Assembly (NCBI GenBank): GCA_937860055.1
Contig: CALMBO010000028.1
Location: 21,881 to 85,880, forward strand
Direction: 5' to 3'
Origin: an uncultured Verrucomicrobiota bacterium
Lineage (GTDB): Bacteria > Verrucomicrobiota > Kiritimatiellia > CAIQIC01 > Lenti-01
DNA: 64,000 nt
Position numbers and translations under genes: made by a program. Positions 27,708 to 37,251 of this stretch are shown in pieces; position 1 is the first letter of the stretch, and each line of letters begins with the position of its first letter. The notes under the pieces are model-generated. The model was not told the DNA's origin and did no database searches. It saw only the letters and a program-made list of their open reading frames with translations.

Positions 27708-30151
27708 CAGTAGCTCTTCACCCGGATGTGGCTCAGGCAGTTCCCGCAACCCGCCGCCGCGCCGCCGCAGGCGGACGCGCCCTGCGGCGTATCGCAGAAA
27801 TGAGACCGGGCGCACTTGGCCTCGAAAGGGTGCAGTTGGCCGGGCAGCAGCCAGTCCGGCGAAAGCGTGTGCGGCACCGGATTCCGGTCGTAAAAATAGG
27901 TGGCGATGTTGTAGCGCATGAAACAGTCGTCTGCGCCGCTGTGCTGGCCCGCCGGACAAGCCACCCAGGACCGGACGCCCTCGATCGTGCGCATATCCTC
28001 CCCCTCCCCGTGATGGGGCACGTTGATGTTGTGGCCGATCTCGTGCGCCAGGAGGCCCGCCTTCCTGTCCAGGTCCTCCGGCTCCCAGTCGAGGCTTCCC
28101 TTGCTCGCATAGACCATGGCGCTCCATTCGTTCATGTCGGTCACGATGGTGTTGTATTCGCGGCAGGGCGGACTCACCGCCGCCGCCCGCCCGAGCGTTT
28201 CGGTCATATCCAGCCCCGGCACCTGGCCCATGGTCATCACGACCAGCAGATACTGGTCCCCGCGCTTGTAGGGGCCGTCGAGGTAGTTGACGGTTTCGTG
28301 CTTGAATTCGTCGCCCCGCAGAATCTGCAGGTGCAGCTTGTGCGGCCGGTAGCGCTCCCGGACCTCGGCCAGCGCCGGGCCATACGCCCCCGAATAATCA
28401 TGCACGAACACGTCCTTCTCCCCGGGGTTGAGCCGCCGCAGCTGGCCCTGCGATACCACTCCGCGGTATTCGTCGAAATTGCACAGGCCGTCGCCCGGCC
28501 CCGTTCCCGCCGGCCGGTTGTCCTCGTCCGGCTCGGGTTCGGAAATCCCCATCAGGGATTCCCACTCGTCGTGGATCCCGTCGCGGTCCTTGTCGAGCGG
28601 CAGCATCAGGGCGGTTTCGGTCTCGTCGGCGGTGAGGCCGCGGGCCGTCGCGGGATACCAGACCCCCGCGATCCGGACCTCCGCCGCCAGCCGCGAGGCC
28701 GCCGCCGAATCCATGACCCGCACGTGGATCCGGACCTCCTTGTCCGGCTTTCCTTCGCGCGTGATCTGCTGGCCAATGGTATAGGCCAGTCCTTCGCGGA
28801 CAGCCCCCTCCCCGAACTCCCATTCTTCCGGATTGTCTTCGCTGCAGAAGAACAGGTCCGGCAGCGCGTCGAGCGCGCAGTCGTTGTAGTGCGTGTAGCG
28901 GCGCTTCACCGGCAGATCCTCGCCGCCGGTGGTCATGAAGGTTTCCCACGGCCAGGCCTCGGGCTGCTTGCCTGCCGTGCAGTCGGGGCAACGGTCGTGC
29001 AGCAGATGGTTGCCGGCATTGACCGCCACGCCCGGGAACTGGGACGTGTCCTGCAGGGTGAAGCGCACCGCCTCGATGTCCTCGGGACCGGGATCCTCCA
29101 GCGTCAGCTTGAAGGTGCGCACCTGGCCCGGCTGGGGTGTCCACAGGCGCTCCTGAGGGTCCACCGGCTCCAGGAAGACGTCCAGCTTCTTCGTCGGCCC
29201 GATGCGCAGGCTGGCGCTCATGCGGTATCGGGTGTCGCTGAGCAGGGTGCCGTATCCCGGCTGGCCGGAATGTTCGACGCCCAGGGTTTGTTCGGCGTAC
29301 AGGCGCAGGTCCTGCCAGTCGACCGTGTTCTCCAGTTGGAAGGCCGGCGCCAGATACCGGATCAGCGGCCAGGACCGGGTGTGGATTTCGCCCCGCGTTT
29401 GCGGCGAGTGGTCATTGGCGGTGAACTGGAAACTGTAGGAACCTTCGGAAGTCCAATGCCGGGGGCTGACGGCGTTCGGCAGCGTCGTCACATGGATCGT
29501 CTCGATGGGGCTGCGCAGGCCCAGGTTCAACCGCCCGGTGAGCCAGGCCGGGCCGTCGATCGCCCCCTGGTCGTACAACTGCAGTTCCAGCTGCCACTGG
29601 GGATCGTCGCGGGTCTGCGTCCGCTGGCACTCGCCGTACCAGTTGAGCAGGTCGATGATGGGCCGGACCCCTTCGGGCGGCGGCGCCGTCTGCCGCGCCA
29701 GGTTGTAGCTGAGCAGGTGCGGCGTCGTGCTCCGGAACAGATAGCCCTTTTCATAGAACTGGTGGCCGTACCGGCCGCGAACGTCCGCGGTGATCTTGAT
29801 GTTCTGCGGCATGATGGAATACATGTCCGCCAGTCCAGTCCAGTTCTTCGTCCCCGTGCGCTGCACCATTTTCGTCAGCGCCAGCTGCGGCACGACCCAG
29901 AAGCCTTTGAAATCCATCCGCACGACAAACCGCGAGCCGCGATTGCCCTGCGCCCGGAACTCCATGTAGCCCTCGGCATCGTCGTAGGCCATCACCTGCC
30001 CCTGGAAATCCCCCGCCGCGGCGGGCGACAGCGGAATGGAACCGCCCTGCACCGGGCCGGCGACCGACATGGCCGCGCCAAGCAGGGCGGCCTGGAAAAG
30101 CCCCCGAAGCGAACAAGGGGAAACCGCCGATTGTACGCAACCCGCTCTCAC
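27707..30151 (-). CDS. Large exported protein with C-terminal HEXXH zinc-metallopeptidase-like motif
   Basis: LLAHEIGHNINVPHH, CFMRY, LPLDKDRDGIHDEWE and GDGLCNFDEY Ca-binding-like motifs; start uncertain (GTG 30151 chosen). Confidence 0.65.
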   Translation of the reverse strand: MRAGCVQSAVSPCSLRGLFQAALLGAAMSVAGPVQGGSIPLSPAAAGDFQGQVMAYDDAEGYMEFRAQGNRGSRFVVRMDFKGFWVVPQLALTKMVQRTGTKNWTGLADMYSIMPQNIKITADVRGRYGHQFYEKGYLFRSTTPHLLSYNLARQTAPPPEGVRPIIDLLNWYGECQRTQTRDDPQWQLELQLYDQGAIDGPAWLTGRLNLGLRSPIETIHVTTLPNAVSPRHWTSEGSYSFQFTANDHSPQTRGEIHTRSWPLIRYLAPAFQLENTVDWQDLRLYAEQTLGVEHSGQPGYGTLLSDTRYRMSASLRIGPTKKLDVFLEPVDPQERLWTPQPGQVRTFKLTLEDPGPEDIEAVRFTLQDTSQFPGVAVNAGNHLLHDRCPDCTAGKQPEAWPWETFMTTGGEDLPVKRRYTHYNDCALDALPDLFFCSEDNPEEWEFGEGAVREGLAYTIGQQITREGKPDKEVRIHVRVMDSAAASRLAAEVRIAGVWYPATARGLTADETETALMLPLDKDRDGIHDEWESLMGISEPEPDEDNRPAGTGPGDGLCNFDEYRGVVSQGQLRRLNPGEKDVFVHDYSGAYGPALAEVRERYRPHKLHLQILRGDEFKHETVNYLDGPYKRGDQYLLVVMTMGQVPGLDMTETLGRAAAVSPPCREYNTIVTDMNEWSAMVYASKGSLDWEPEDLDRKAGLLAHEIGHNINVPHHGEGEDMRTIEGVRSWVACPAGQHSGADDCFMRYNIATYFYDRNPVPHTLSPDWLLPGQLHPFEAKCARSHFCDTPQGASACGGAAAGCGNCLSHIRVKSY

Positions 30152-30240
30152 GGCGGAAATCCTGCCATGGCGATTGCTCCCTGGCAAGTCCGGCAAGCGC
30201 CCCGGGCCCGAATCGCCGCGCGCCGGAAAACCAGGAAGGT

Positions 30241-31437
30241 TCAGACCATCGAGTCGACCAGCGCGCGGTGGGCCAGCGCAGAGCTCTTCGGATTGAAGCA
30301 TTCCGCCGCGCGCGCCATCCCCGCGCGGCCAATGCGAGCGGCGGCGGCCGGATCCGCCGCCACGCGCTCCAGCGCGGCGATGAACGAACCCCCGTCGTCG
30401 GGTGCGAACAGGAACCCGTCCACGCCGTCGCGCACGATCTCGGCAATGCCGGGCAGCCCCGTCGCCACCACCGGCCGCCCGGTCGAAAGTCCGTTGTAAA
30501 GCGCGCTGGGAATGATGCCCTGGTTGTCCGGCGAATTGCGCCGGTGCGCCAAAAGCGCATCCATGGCGTTCAGCCAGCGGTTCACGTCCTGCTTGGTCGG
30601 TAGCCACCCGGTCATGTGCACGGCCTGCTCCAGCCCGCGCTTCGCGATCTCCTGGCGGCACCAGGCTTCGCCGCCGGCCCCGCCGATGATCACCAGCCGC
30701 CAGTCGGCATGCTTCGCCACCGCCAGCTTCCACCAGTCCAGCAGCTGGTCGTAGCCCTTCCCCCCCCGGATGATCCCGAAGATCGCGAAATGCTTGAGGG
30801 CGGGATCAAGTCCGAGTTCCGCCTTCGCCGGCGCGGGATCCAGCGGACGGAACACGCCCGGGTTCTGCGGCGCATTGATCACGGCGACGCGCGATTCGTC
30901 GAGACCCCTCGCCGCCAGCAGCCGCCCCTCCGCCTTCGTGCTGACCGTGGCCTTCACATTCGGCCGGTTCCAGCTCCGCACCTCGCGGGCCTCCATCCAA
31001 TCCGCCAGTTTCCGCCCCCAGCCGAAATGCCCCAGCAAAATCGACCACCACCAGTCGCTCGTCTCGATGATCGTCGGGATCCCCAGCTTCGCCACGCGCC
31101 CCGGGATGAGCGGCAGCGTCTCCTTGCAGATGATCAGCGCAGGATCCATTTCCCGGATGCGCCTCAGCAGGCCGCCCAGATGCCGGTACCACCGCAGGGT
31201 CTTGAGCCACTTGTCCCGTCCGTTCGTCTGGTCCACCGAAAACGGAAGCTCGACCACGCGCATTTTCCGGCGCAGCTCGGCGTCGCGCGTCCCGTCCGCG
31301 GGTCCCATGCAGGCATAAACCAGCTCGTAGGCCGGAGCCAGCGCATCGGCCAGTTCCCGCAGCGCCGGCCACTGGAACGCCTCGATCTCCGGCGGGTACC
31401 GGTGCAGATAGACCACGATGGGTTTCCCTTTGCTCAT
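30241..31437 (-). CDS. Glycosyltransferase family 4
   Basis: IRGGKGYD, GRPVVATGLPGIAEIVRDGVDGFLF. Confidence 0.85.
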   Translation of the reverse strand: MSKGKPIVVYLHRYPPEIEAFQWPALRELADALAPAYELVYACMGPADGTRDAELRRKMRVVELPFSVDQTNGRDKWLKTLRWYRHLGGLLRRIREMDPALIICKETLPLIPGRVAKLGIPTIIETSDWWWSILLGHFGWGRKLADWMEAREVRSWNRPNVKATVSTKAEGRLLAARGLDESRVAVINAPQNPGVFRPLDPAPAKAELGLDPALKHFAIFGIIRGGKGYDQLLDWWKLAVAKHADWRLVIIGGAGGEAWCRQEIAKRGLEQAVHMTGWLPTKQDVNRWLNAMDALLAHRRNSPDNQGIIPSALYNGLSTGRPVVATGLPGIAEIVRDGVDGFLFAPDDGGSFIAALERVAADPAAAARIGRAGMARAAECFNPKSSALAHRALVDSMV

Positions 31438-31464
31438 TTGCGGGGCCAATGCTACCCTTCCCCC

Positions 31465-32400
31465 ATGAATTTGACCAGCGCCCGGATTCTGATTGCCGGC
31501 GGTGAAACCCTCGCCGGAGCCGCCCTCGTCGCCGAGGCCAAGCGCCGCCGGCTCGCCGCCACCACGCTCTCCGCCGCCGAAACCGCCAACTGGGCCAATG
31601 CGACGGCCATCGAAAAGGCCATCGGCGCGGCCCGCCCCGACGTCGTCTTCGTGGCCGCCGGCGAATCGGGGGGCATCGGTCTCAACCGCGCCCATCCGGC
31701 GCGCCTGATGGAATCCAACCTGCGCGTCGCGCTGAACATCCTCGGCGCGGCCGCCCATCTGCGCGTGCCCCACCTGCTCTATCTCGCCAGCTCCTGCTGC
31801 TATCCCCGCGACGCCGCCCAGCCTCTCCGCATCGAAAGCCTCCTGACCGGCCCCTTCGAACCGACCAACGCGGCTTATTCGGCCGCGAAGCTTGCCGGGC
31901 TCGTCCATTGCGAGGCCATCCGCCAGGAACACGGCCTGGCCTATTTCGCGGCGATCCCCTCCACCCTCTACGGCCCCGAAGACCACTTCGATCCCGACCA
32001 CGCCCACGTCGCCTCCGGCCTGATGGTCCGCATGCACGAGGCCAGGGAGAAGAACATCCCCTCGATTTCCGTCTGGGGGACCGGCAAGCCCCGCCGCGAT
32101 TTCCTGTTCTCGCGCGACCTCGCCGACGCCTGCTTCTTCCTCGCCGAGAGATACGAGGCGCCTTCGGGTCCCATCAACATCGGTCCCGACGCGGACCTCT
32201 CCATCGCCGAGGTCGCCGAAACCGTGAAGCAGGTGGTCGGCTACGAAGGCAGCCTGGAATTCGACGCCTCGAAGCCCGATGGCGCGCCCCTCAAGCGCCT
32301 CGACGCCTCCCCCCTGCGCGCCATGGGCTGGCAGCCCAAGACGGATTTTGCCGCCGGCCTGCGCGAAACCTACGCCGCGTTCCTCAAGCTCAAGCGTTGA
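31465..32400 (+). CDS. GDP-L-fucose synthase/ColC-like epimerase-reductase
   Basis: GGIGLN..HPA, YLASSCCYP, EPTNAAYSAAK, LYGPEDHF, VWGTGKPRRDFL, KPDGAPLK. Confidence 0.88.
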   Translation: MNLTSARILIAGGETLAGAALVAEAKRRRLAATTLSAAETANWANATAIEKAIGAARPDVVFVAAGESGGIGLNRAHPARLMESNLRVALNILGAAAHLRVPHLLYLASSCCYPRDAAQPLRIESLLTGPFEPTNAAYSAAKLAGLVHCEAIRQEHGLAYFAAIPSTLYGPEDHFDPDHAHVASGLMVRMHEAREKNIPSISVWGTGKPRRDFLFSRDLADACFFLAERYEAPSGPINIGPDADLSIAEVAETVKQVVGYEGSLEFDASKPDGAPLKRLDASPLRAMGWQPKTDFAAGLRETYAAFLKLKR

Positions 32401-33352
32401 TCAGGTCGATCACGCGCTCCGCCAGCGCGGAGCGCGAGAGCCCGTTGGCCGCGAGCAGCTCGTCGCGCGGGCCGATTTCGAAACTGTAATGGGGCGCGAG
32501 CCCCGCATGCGCCCATTTCGCCTTCGGCAGGCGAGGCGCGAGCTGGGCCGCCAGCAGGCCATCCATGCCGCCGCGGCCGATGAAGCCCTCCTCCATCGTC
32601 AGGATCGCGCGGCAGGGCGAAAGCGCCGCCTCCAGCGCGGCGATGTCGGGCGAGGACAGGTTCATCAGGTCCACCGTGCGCACGGGAATGCCGCCGGCTT
32701 CCAGTTCGTCGCGCACCGCGGCGGCCAGATGGCTCATGTAGCCTGTCGAAACAATCGCCGCCGCCGCGCCCCGGCTCCCGCCGAGGCGGAATCCGCGGCG
32801 CAGTTCGTCCGCCGTCGGGGCATTCCCGACGTCGGGCAGCGGATGGCTGTCGAGTCGCATGTAGCGCACGCCGGGCTCGTCCAGCGCCTGCCGCGCCATG
32901 GCGGCGGCCGTGGCGGCGTCCGCCGGCGACCATACGCCCACGTTCGGCAGGGCGCGCATCAGGGCGATGTCCTCCAGCGCCTGGTGCGTCGGGCCCGAGA
33001 CCTCGTAGCTGTAGCCCGCGCCCACGCCGACGAGCGTCACGTTCATCGGCCGGACCTGCGACAGGATCGCGAGATTGATGCGGATCTGCTCGAGGCAGCG
33101 CATGGTGATGAACGGCGCGATGGCATAGGCCACCACGCGGAACCCCTCCAGCGCGAGGCCCGTCGCCACGTTCACCGTGTTCTGCTCGGAAATCCCCATG
33201 TTCACGAAGCGGTCCGGAAAATCCTTCCGCACGCCGTCCAGCACCGGCGAACCGAAATCCGCCGTCAGGAAGAAAATGTCCTTCTCCGCAGCCATCCGCT
33301 CCTTCATCGCCTGAAGGAACGAATCCCGCATCCGCATCTTCGGTCCGCTCAT
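32390..33352 (-). CDS. Transketolase C-terminal subunit
   Basis: FLTADFG, NMGISEQN, GPTHQALED. Confidence 0.9.
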   Translation of the reverse strand: MSGPKMRMRDSFLQAMKERMAAEKDIFFLTADFGSPVLDGVRKDFPDRFVNMGISEQNTVNVATGLALEGFRVVAYAIAPFITMRCLEQIRINLAILSQVRPMNVTLVGVGAGYSYEVSGPTHQALEDIALMRALPNVGVWSPADAATAAAMARQALDEPGVRYMRLDSHPLPDVGNAPTADELRRGFRLGGSRGAAAAIVSTGYMSHLAAAVRDELEAGGIPVRTVDLMNLSSPDIAALEAALSPCRAILTMEEGFIGRGGMDGLLAAQLAPRLPKAKWAHAGLAPHYSFEIGPRDELLAANGLSRSALAERVIDLINA

Positions 33353-34179
33353 GGCGCACCTCCCGTCAGTTCCTCCACCTCCGCCGGTGAAAGCGTGCGG
33401 ATGTGGCAGAGGGGATCCCCTTCCAGCGAAGGCGCCCCCTTGCCTTTCACCGTATGCGCGATCACCGCGCGCGGACCGGGGAAATCCGACGACATCGCGC
33501 GGCCGAGGGCCTCGCACAGCGCGCCGACATCGTGCCCGTCCACCTCGTCCGCGGACCAGCCGAAGGCGCGGAACTTGTCCGCCAGCGGCGCGAGGCATAC
33601 CACGCGCGACGTGTTGTCCATCATGCACCGCTCGTTGTCGTCCACGATCAGGACCAGGTTGTCCAGCCGGTGCTGCGCGGCGAACAGGAACGCCTCCCAG
33701 ACGGCGCCTTCGTGCAGCTCGCCGTCGCCCGTCACCACCACCACGCGGCGGTCGGAACCCTGCCGCTTCAGCGCCAGCGCCATGCCCGAGCCCACGCCGG
33801 GGCCGTGCCCCAGCGAACCGTTCACCGTCTCATAGCCGGGGATGACGGGATCGGGGATGCCGCCCAGGAACGAACCCGGCCGGCATACCCGCGCCAGCTC
33901 CTCCTTCGGGAAGAATCCCCGGTCCGCCAGGATGGGATAGAGGCTGATGGAGCCGTGCCCCTTGCTGACGATCAGCCGGTCGCGCGCGGGATCGCGCGGG
34001 TCGGCGGGATTGTGCCGCAGCAGCCCGCCGTAGAACAGGCAGGTGTAGATTTCCACGGCCGACAGCGACGACGCCACGCGCGTCTCCGGCGCCGCCGCGT
34101 GGATCCGCAGGGTGTCCGCGCGGAACTTCGCCGCCAGCGCCCGCAGCTCGTCGGGATTCCTCTTCTTCTCTCCGCTCAT
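33349..34179 (-). CDS. Transketolase N-terminal (ThDP-binding) subunit
   Basis: DRLIVSKGH, GSLGHG, GDGELHEGAVWEA, HTVKGKG. Confidence 0.9.
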   Translation of the reverse strand: MSGEKKRNPDELRALAAKFRADTLRIHAAAPETRVASSLSAVEIYTCLFYGGLLRHNPADPRDPARDRLIVSKGHGSISLYPILADRGFFPKEELARVCRPGSFLGGIPDPVIPGYETVNGSLGHGPGVGSGMALALKRQGSDRRVVVVTGDGELHEGAVWEAFLFAAQHRLDNLVLIVDDNERCMMDNTSRVVCLAPLADKFRAFGWSADEVDGHDVGALCEALGRAMSSDFPGPRAVIAHTVKGKGAPSLEGDPLCHIRTLSPAEVEELTGGAP

Positions 34180-35651
34180 GTGAAGTCCCTTTGGATGGGG
34201 TGTTCCAGGATCCGCCGCACGAACGCCGCCGCCGCCGGGCCGAAGCGCTTGGCGACCATGGCCTGGTAGGCCGGATCCTCGTAGTATTCCTTGAACGCCG
34301 CGTCGCGGAAGCGCACGACATCCTTCCAATCCACGTACTTGGTCGAGAGCGGCCGGGAGTTCCGGCTGTAGTGCCCGTAGGCCGACCATTCCTTCGGCAT
34401 CTGCACGCCTTGCGCCACGAGCTCGTCGTAGAGCCGCGTGCCGGGAAAGGCCATCGCGCAGTAGAAGTTCGCCCATTCGAACCGGAACTTCTTCGCCATG
34501 TCGAACGACTCCTGCATGCTGGCCATGTCGTCTTCCGGCAGGCCGAAGATGAAGTTGCCGACGATGGAGATGTCCGCTTCGCGCGTCCAGCCGATCACCT
34601 TGTCCGTCACGTCCTCGGAGGTCTTCTTGTTGACGGATCCGCGGACGCGCGCGTTGGCCGATTCGAAACCGTAGGCCAGCCAGCGCACGCCGGCCTTCCG
34701 CAGCTTCTTCAGCATGTCCAGGCTGCGGATCGACGACACGTGGGCATAGGCCCAGAAATTCAGATCCCACCCCTTGGCGATGATGCGGTCGCAGATTTCC
34801 TCGACGCGCTCCATGTGCGCGGTGAACACGTTGTCGAGGATGCGCACGTTGCGCACGCCGTACTTTTCCACCAGCGTCTCCAGCTCGCCGACGACGCGGT
34901 CCGCCGAGCGCAGGCGCAGGTTCGAACGGCCCGCCACCACGTTGACGCTGCAGTAGGAGCAGTTGTAGGGGCATCCATGGTTCGTGTAGATCGCGCCGTA
35001 CGGGCTGCGGTCGTCCAGGCGGTCGAAGCAATGCCAGTGGTGGGCCCGGTAGCGCGAAGGGGGCATCAGATCCCACGCCGCGTCCGGCAGCTGGTCCACA
35101 TCCGCGAACATCGGCGCGCGGCCGCCGTCGGCCACTTCGTCGCCCGTGCGCGACCAGATCCCGGGGATCTCCCCCGCCGCCGGCCGGCGCCCCCTCCCGT
35201 GCGCCTTGAGCCACTTCGCCAAGGCCGTCACCGGGACATACGATTCGCCGCGGCAAACGAAGTCCGCCTCCTCCTCGCGCAGGATCCGTTCGGGATAGGC
35301 CGACGGCACCACGCCATCCAGAAGGACGGGGATCCCCGGCGCCAGACGGTGGATCGCGCGGACGGTCTCGCCCGCCGCCTGCATCTTGGTCACATCGCCC
35401 GAATTGACGTGGTCGGTGCCCACGCACACCAGCCCCGGCGACAGCTGCCGCACCCGCTCCGCCACCTCGTCCGGCAGCAGCCCCTCCGCGTCCGCGTCCA
35501 GCAAGGCCACGGAAAGCCCGTCGGCCCGCCCATAGGCGGCCAGGAGCCCGAGCTGGACCGGCGGCGTCACCGCCGCGATTTCCGCGCCCAGCGAGCCATA
35601 CGCCTTCGCGCGGTTGTTCGGGAACAGGGCTAGCAAATCCACGGAATTCAT
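34176..35651 (-). CDS. B12-binding domain radical SAM protein
   Basis: N-terminal B12-like domain (PPVQLGLLAAY, DFVCRGE), GCPYNCSYC, GFESAN, FIFGLPED. Confidence 0.9.
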   Translation of the reverse strand: MNSVDLLALFPNNRAKAYGSLGAEIAAVTPPVQLGLLAAYGRADGLSVALLDADAEGLLPDEVAERVRQLSPGLVCVGTDHVNSGDVTKMQAAGETVRAIHRLAPGIPVLLDGVVPSAYPERILREEEADFVCRGESYVPVTALAKWLKAHGRGRRPAAGEIPGIWSRTGDEVADGGRAPMFADVDQLPDAAWDLMPPSRYRAHHWHCFDRLDDRSPYGAIYTNHGCPYNCSYCSVNVVAGRSNLRLRSADRVVGELETLVEKYGVRNVRILDNVFTAHMERVEEICDRIIAKGWDLNFWAYAHVSSIRSLDMLKKLRKAGVRWLAYGFESANARVRGSVNKKTSEDVTDKVIGWTREADISIVGNFIFGLPEDDMASMQESFDMAKKFRFEWANFYCAMAFPGTRLYDELVAQGVQMPKEWSAYGHYSRNSRPLSTKYVDWKDVVRFRDAAFKEYYEDPAYQAMVAKRFGPAAAAFVRRILEHPIQRDFT

Positions 35652-35766
35652 CCCGCGACGATACCACCCCCCCCACCGTTTGACAACCGCCCGATTGGCC
35701 CGTCAAAGGATATCCCGTGACATTCCGGATGTTTCGTCTTATGCTGGTTTTGTGTTTCGAAGCAAC

Positions 35767-37251
35767 ATGCATGAATTGAACACGTTTGCCGCCATCCTGA
35801 TTCTCTCCCTGCTTCTCCCCGCCTGCGCAAATCTCCGGCCTTGTGCGGAGCCAGCCGGCCCGCTTGTTTTGCACTACGATTTCAAAAAGTGCACCGGAGC
35901 TTCCGTCTTTGATTCCAGCGGCTACGGGAACCACGGTATCCTCTATGGCAAGCCGCTGCTCGTCCGCGGTCTTTCCGGCCGCGCCCTGCGGTTCGACGGC
36001 GTGGATGACTACATCCGCATCCCGCGGAACCGTTCGCTGGAACCCGGGGAACTCACAGCCGCCGCGTGGGTCAAGGTAAACAAATTCCATCCCCGTTTCG
36101 GCTTGCTGATCCACAAGCGGAACCCCTCGTTCCACAACAACGAGGCCTATGACCTGCAGTTCTGGAACAATGGCACCGTCCGCATGGTCGTGGCCAACGG
36201 AGATCAGTCGCGTCTGGACTCATCTGCCCGCATTGACACGGGGACGTGGCATCACGTGGCCATGGTGTTTTCGGAACCGGAAATGAAACTCTACCTCGAT
36301 GGAAAATTGGCCGGGACAAAAAAACATCCCCGTCCCCTCTCGCACAACCCCCAAAGCGACCTGCTCATTGGCGCCACCGACCATGCTCAATATCCCATGG
36401 ACCTGTTCATGGCCTGCGATCTCGACGATCTGAGGATCTTCTCGTCTGCGCTTTCGGGATCCGACGTGGCAAACCTGTACGCGGAAAACGCCGACCGGAT
36501 ACCAAGGAAGCCCAGGCCAATCCCCGACAGCGAGGAGGTCGATCGAAAATTCCCTCCCTGGCAGGCGCCTTCCTGTATCGCACCCCCGAAATCCGACCCC
36601 GCAGACAGCCTGCGGGCCGAGATGGAACGCCTGTATCGGCAAGGATTGCGCGACAAGGCCGCGAGCCCCGAATTTCTCGACGCCATGGGATCCATCCTGA
36701 CCCGATATCGTTCCGGACGTCTCCCCTTCTCCGAAAATTTCGACGGAATAACCATGCCTCCCGGCTGGGAGGCTCTGCAGAACGTCTGGATTTTCGAGAA
36801 GGGACGTGCCATCCAGACCAGGTCCTGGGCCGACACGCGCTTCATCCTCTCTTATTCCCCCGGACACGATTGGCAGAACTACTCGTTCACATTTACGGCT
36901 GGCTCCGACGGTTGGTTCACTCCCCCCGCCCGCAGTTCCTTGCGCATCTACTTCCGCTACCAGGATCGCGACAACGGCTATTATCTCGACCTCGTCAACA
37001 CCGGCGAAATCACCTTGAGCATCCGGGAGAACGGGAAAGAGCGCATCCTCCGCTCCGCCAAGACCGATTACGAGCGCGTACGCAACGGACTCCCGTGGCA
37101 GATCACCGCCAACGGAAACACGCTCATGGTTTTCCAACAAGGCAAGATGATCGTGCAGGCCAGCGATTCCACCTTCCCCTCCGGAACCATCGGGCTGGAA
37201 ACCATCCATTCCCCCGGTTATTTCAGCGATCTCGCCGTGGACCCCCTATGA
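35767..37251 (+). CDS. LamG/ConA-like domain exported protein
   Basis: DSSGYGNHG, ALRFDGVDDYI, WHHVAM, LYLDG, LDDLRIFS; second beta-sandwich ending SGTIGL. Confidence 0.8.
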   Translation: MHELNTFAAILILSLLLPACANLRPCAEPAGPLVLHYDFKKCTGASVFDSSGYGNHGILYGKPLLVRGLSGRALRFDGVDDYIRIPRNRSLEPGELTAAAWVKVNKFHPRFGLLIHKRNPSFHNNEAYDLQFWNNGTVRMVVANGDQSRLDSSARIDTGTWHHVAMVFSEPEMKLYLDGKLAGTKKHPRPLSHNPQSDLLIGATDHAQYPMDLFMACDLDDLRIFSSALSGSDVANLYAENADRIPRKPRPIPDSEEVDRKFPPWQAPSCIAPPKSDPADSLRAEMERLYRQGLRDKAASPEFLDAMGSILTRYRSGRLPFSENFDGITMPPGWEALQNVWIFEKGRAIQTRSWADTRFILSYSPGHDWQNYSFTFTAGSDGWFTPPARSSLRIYFRYQDRDNGYYLDLVNTGEITLSIRENGKERILRSAKTDYERVRNGLPWQITANGNTLMVFQQGKMIVQASDSTFPSGTIGLETIHSPGYFSDLAVDPL

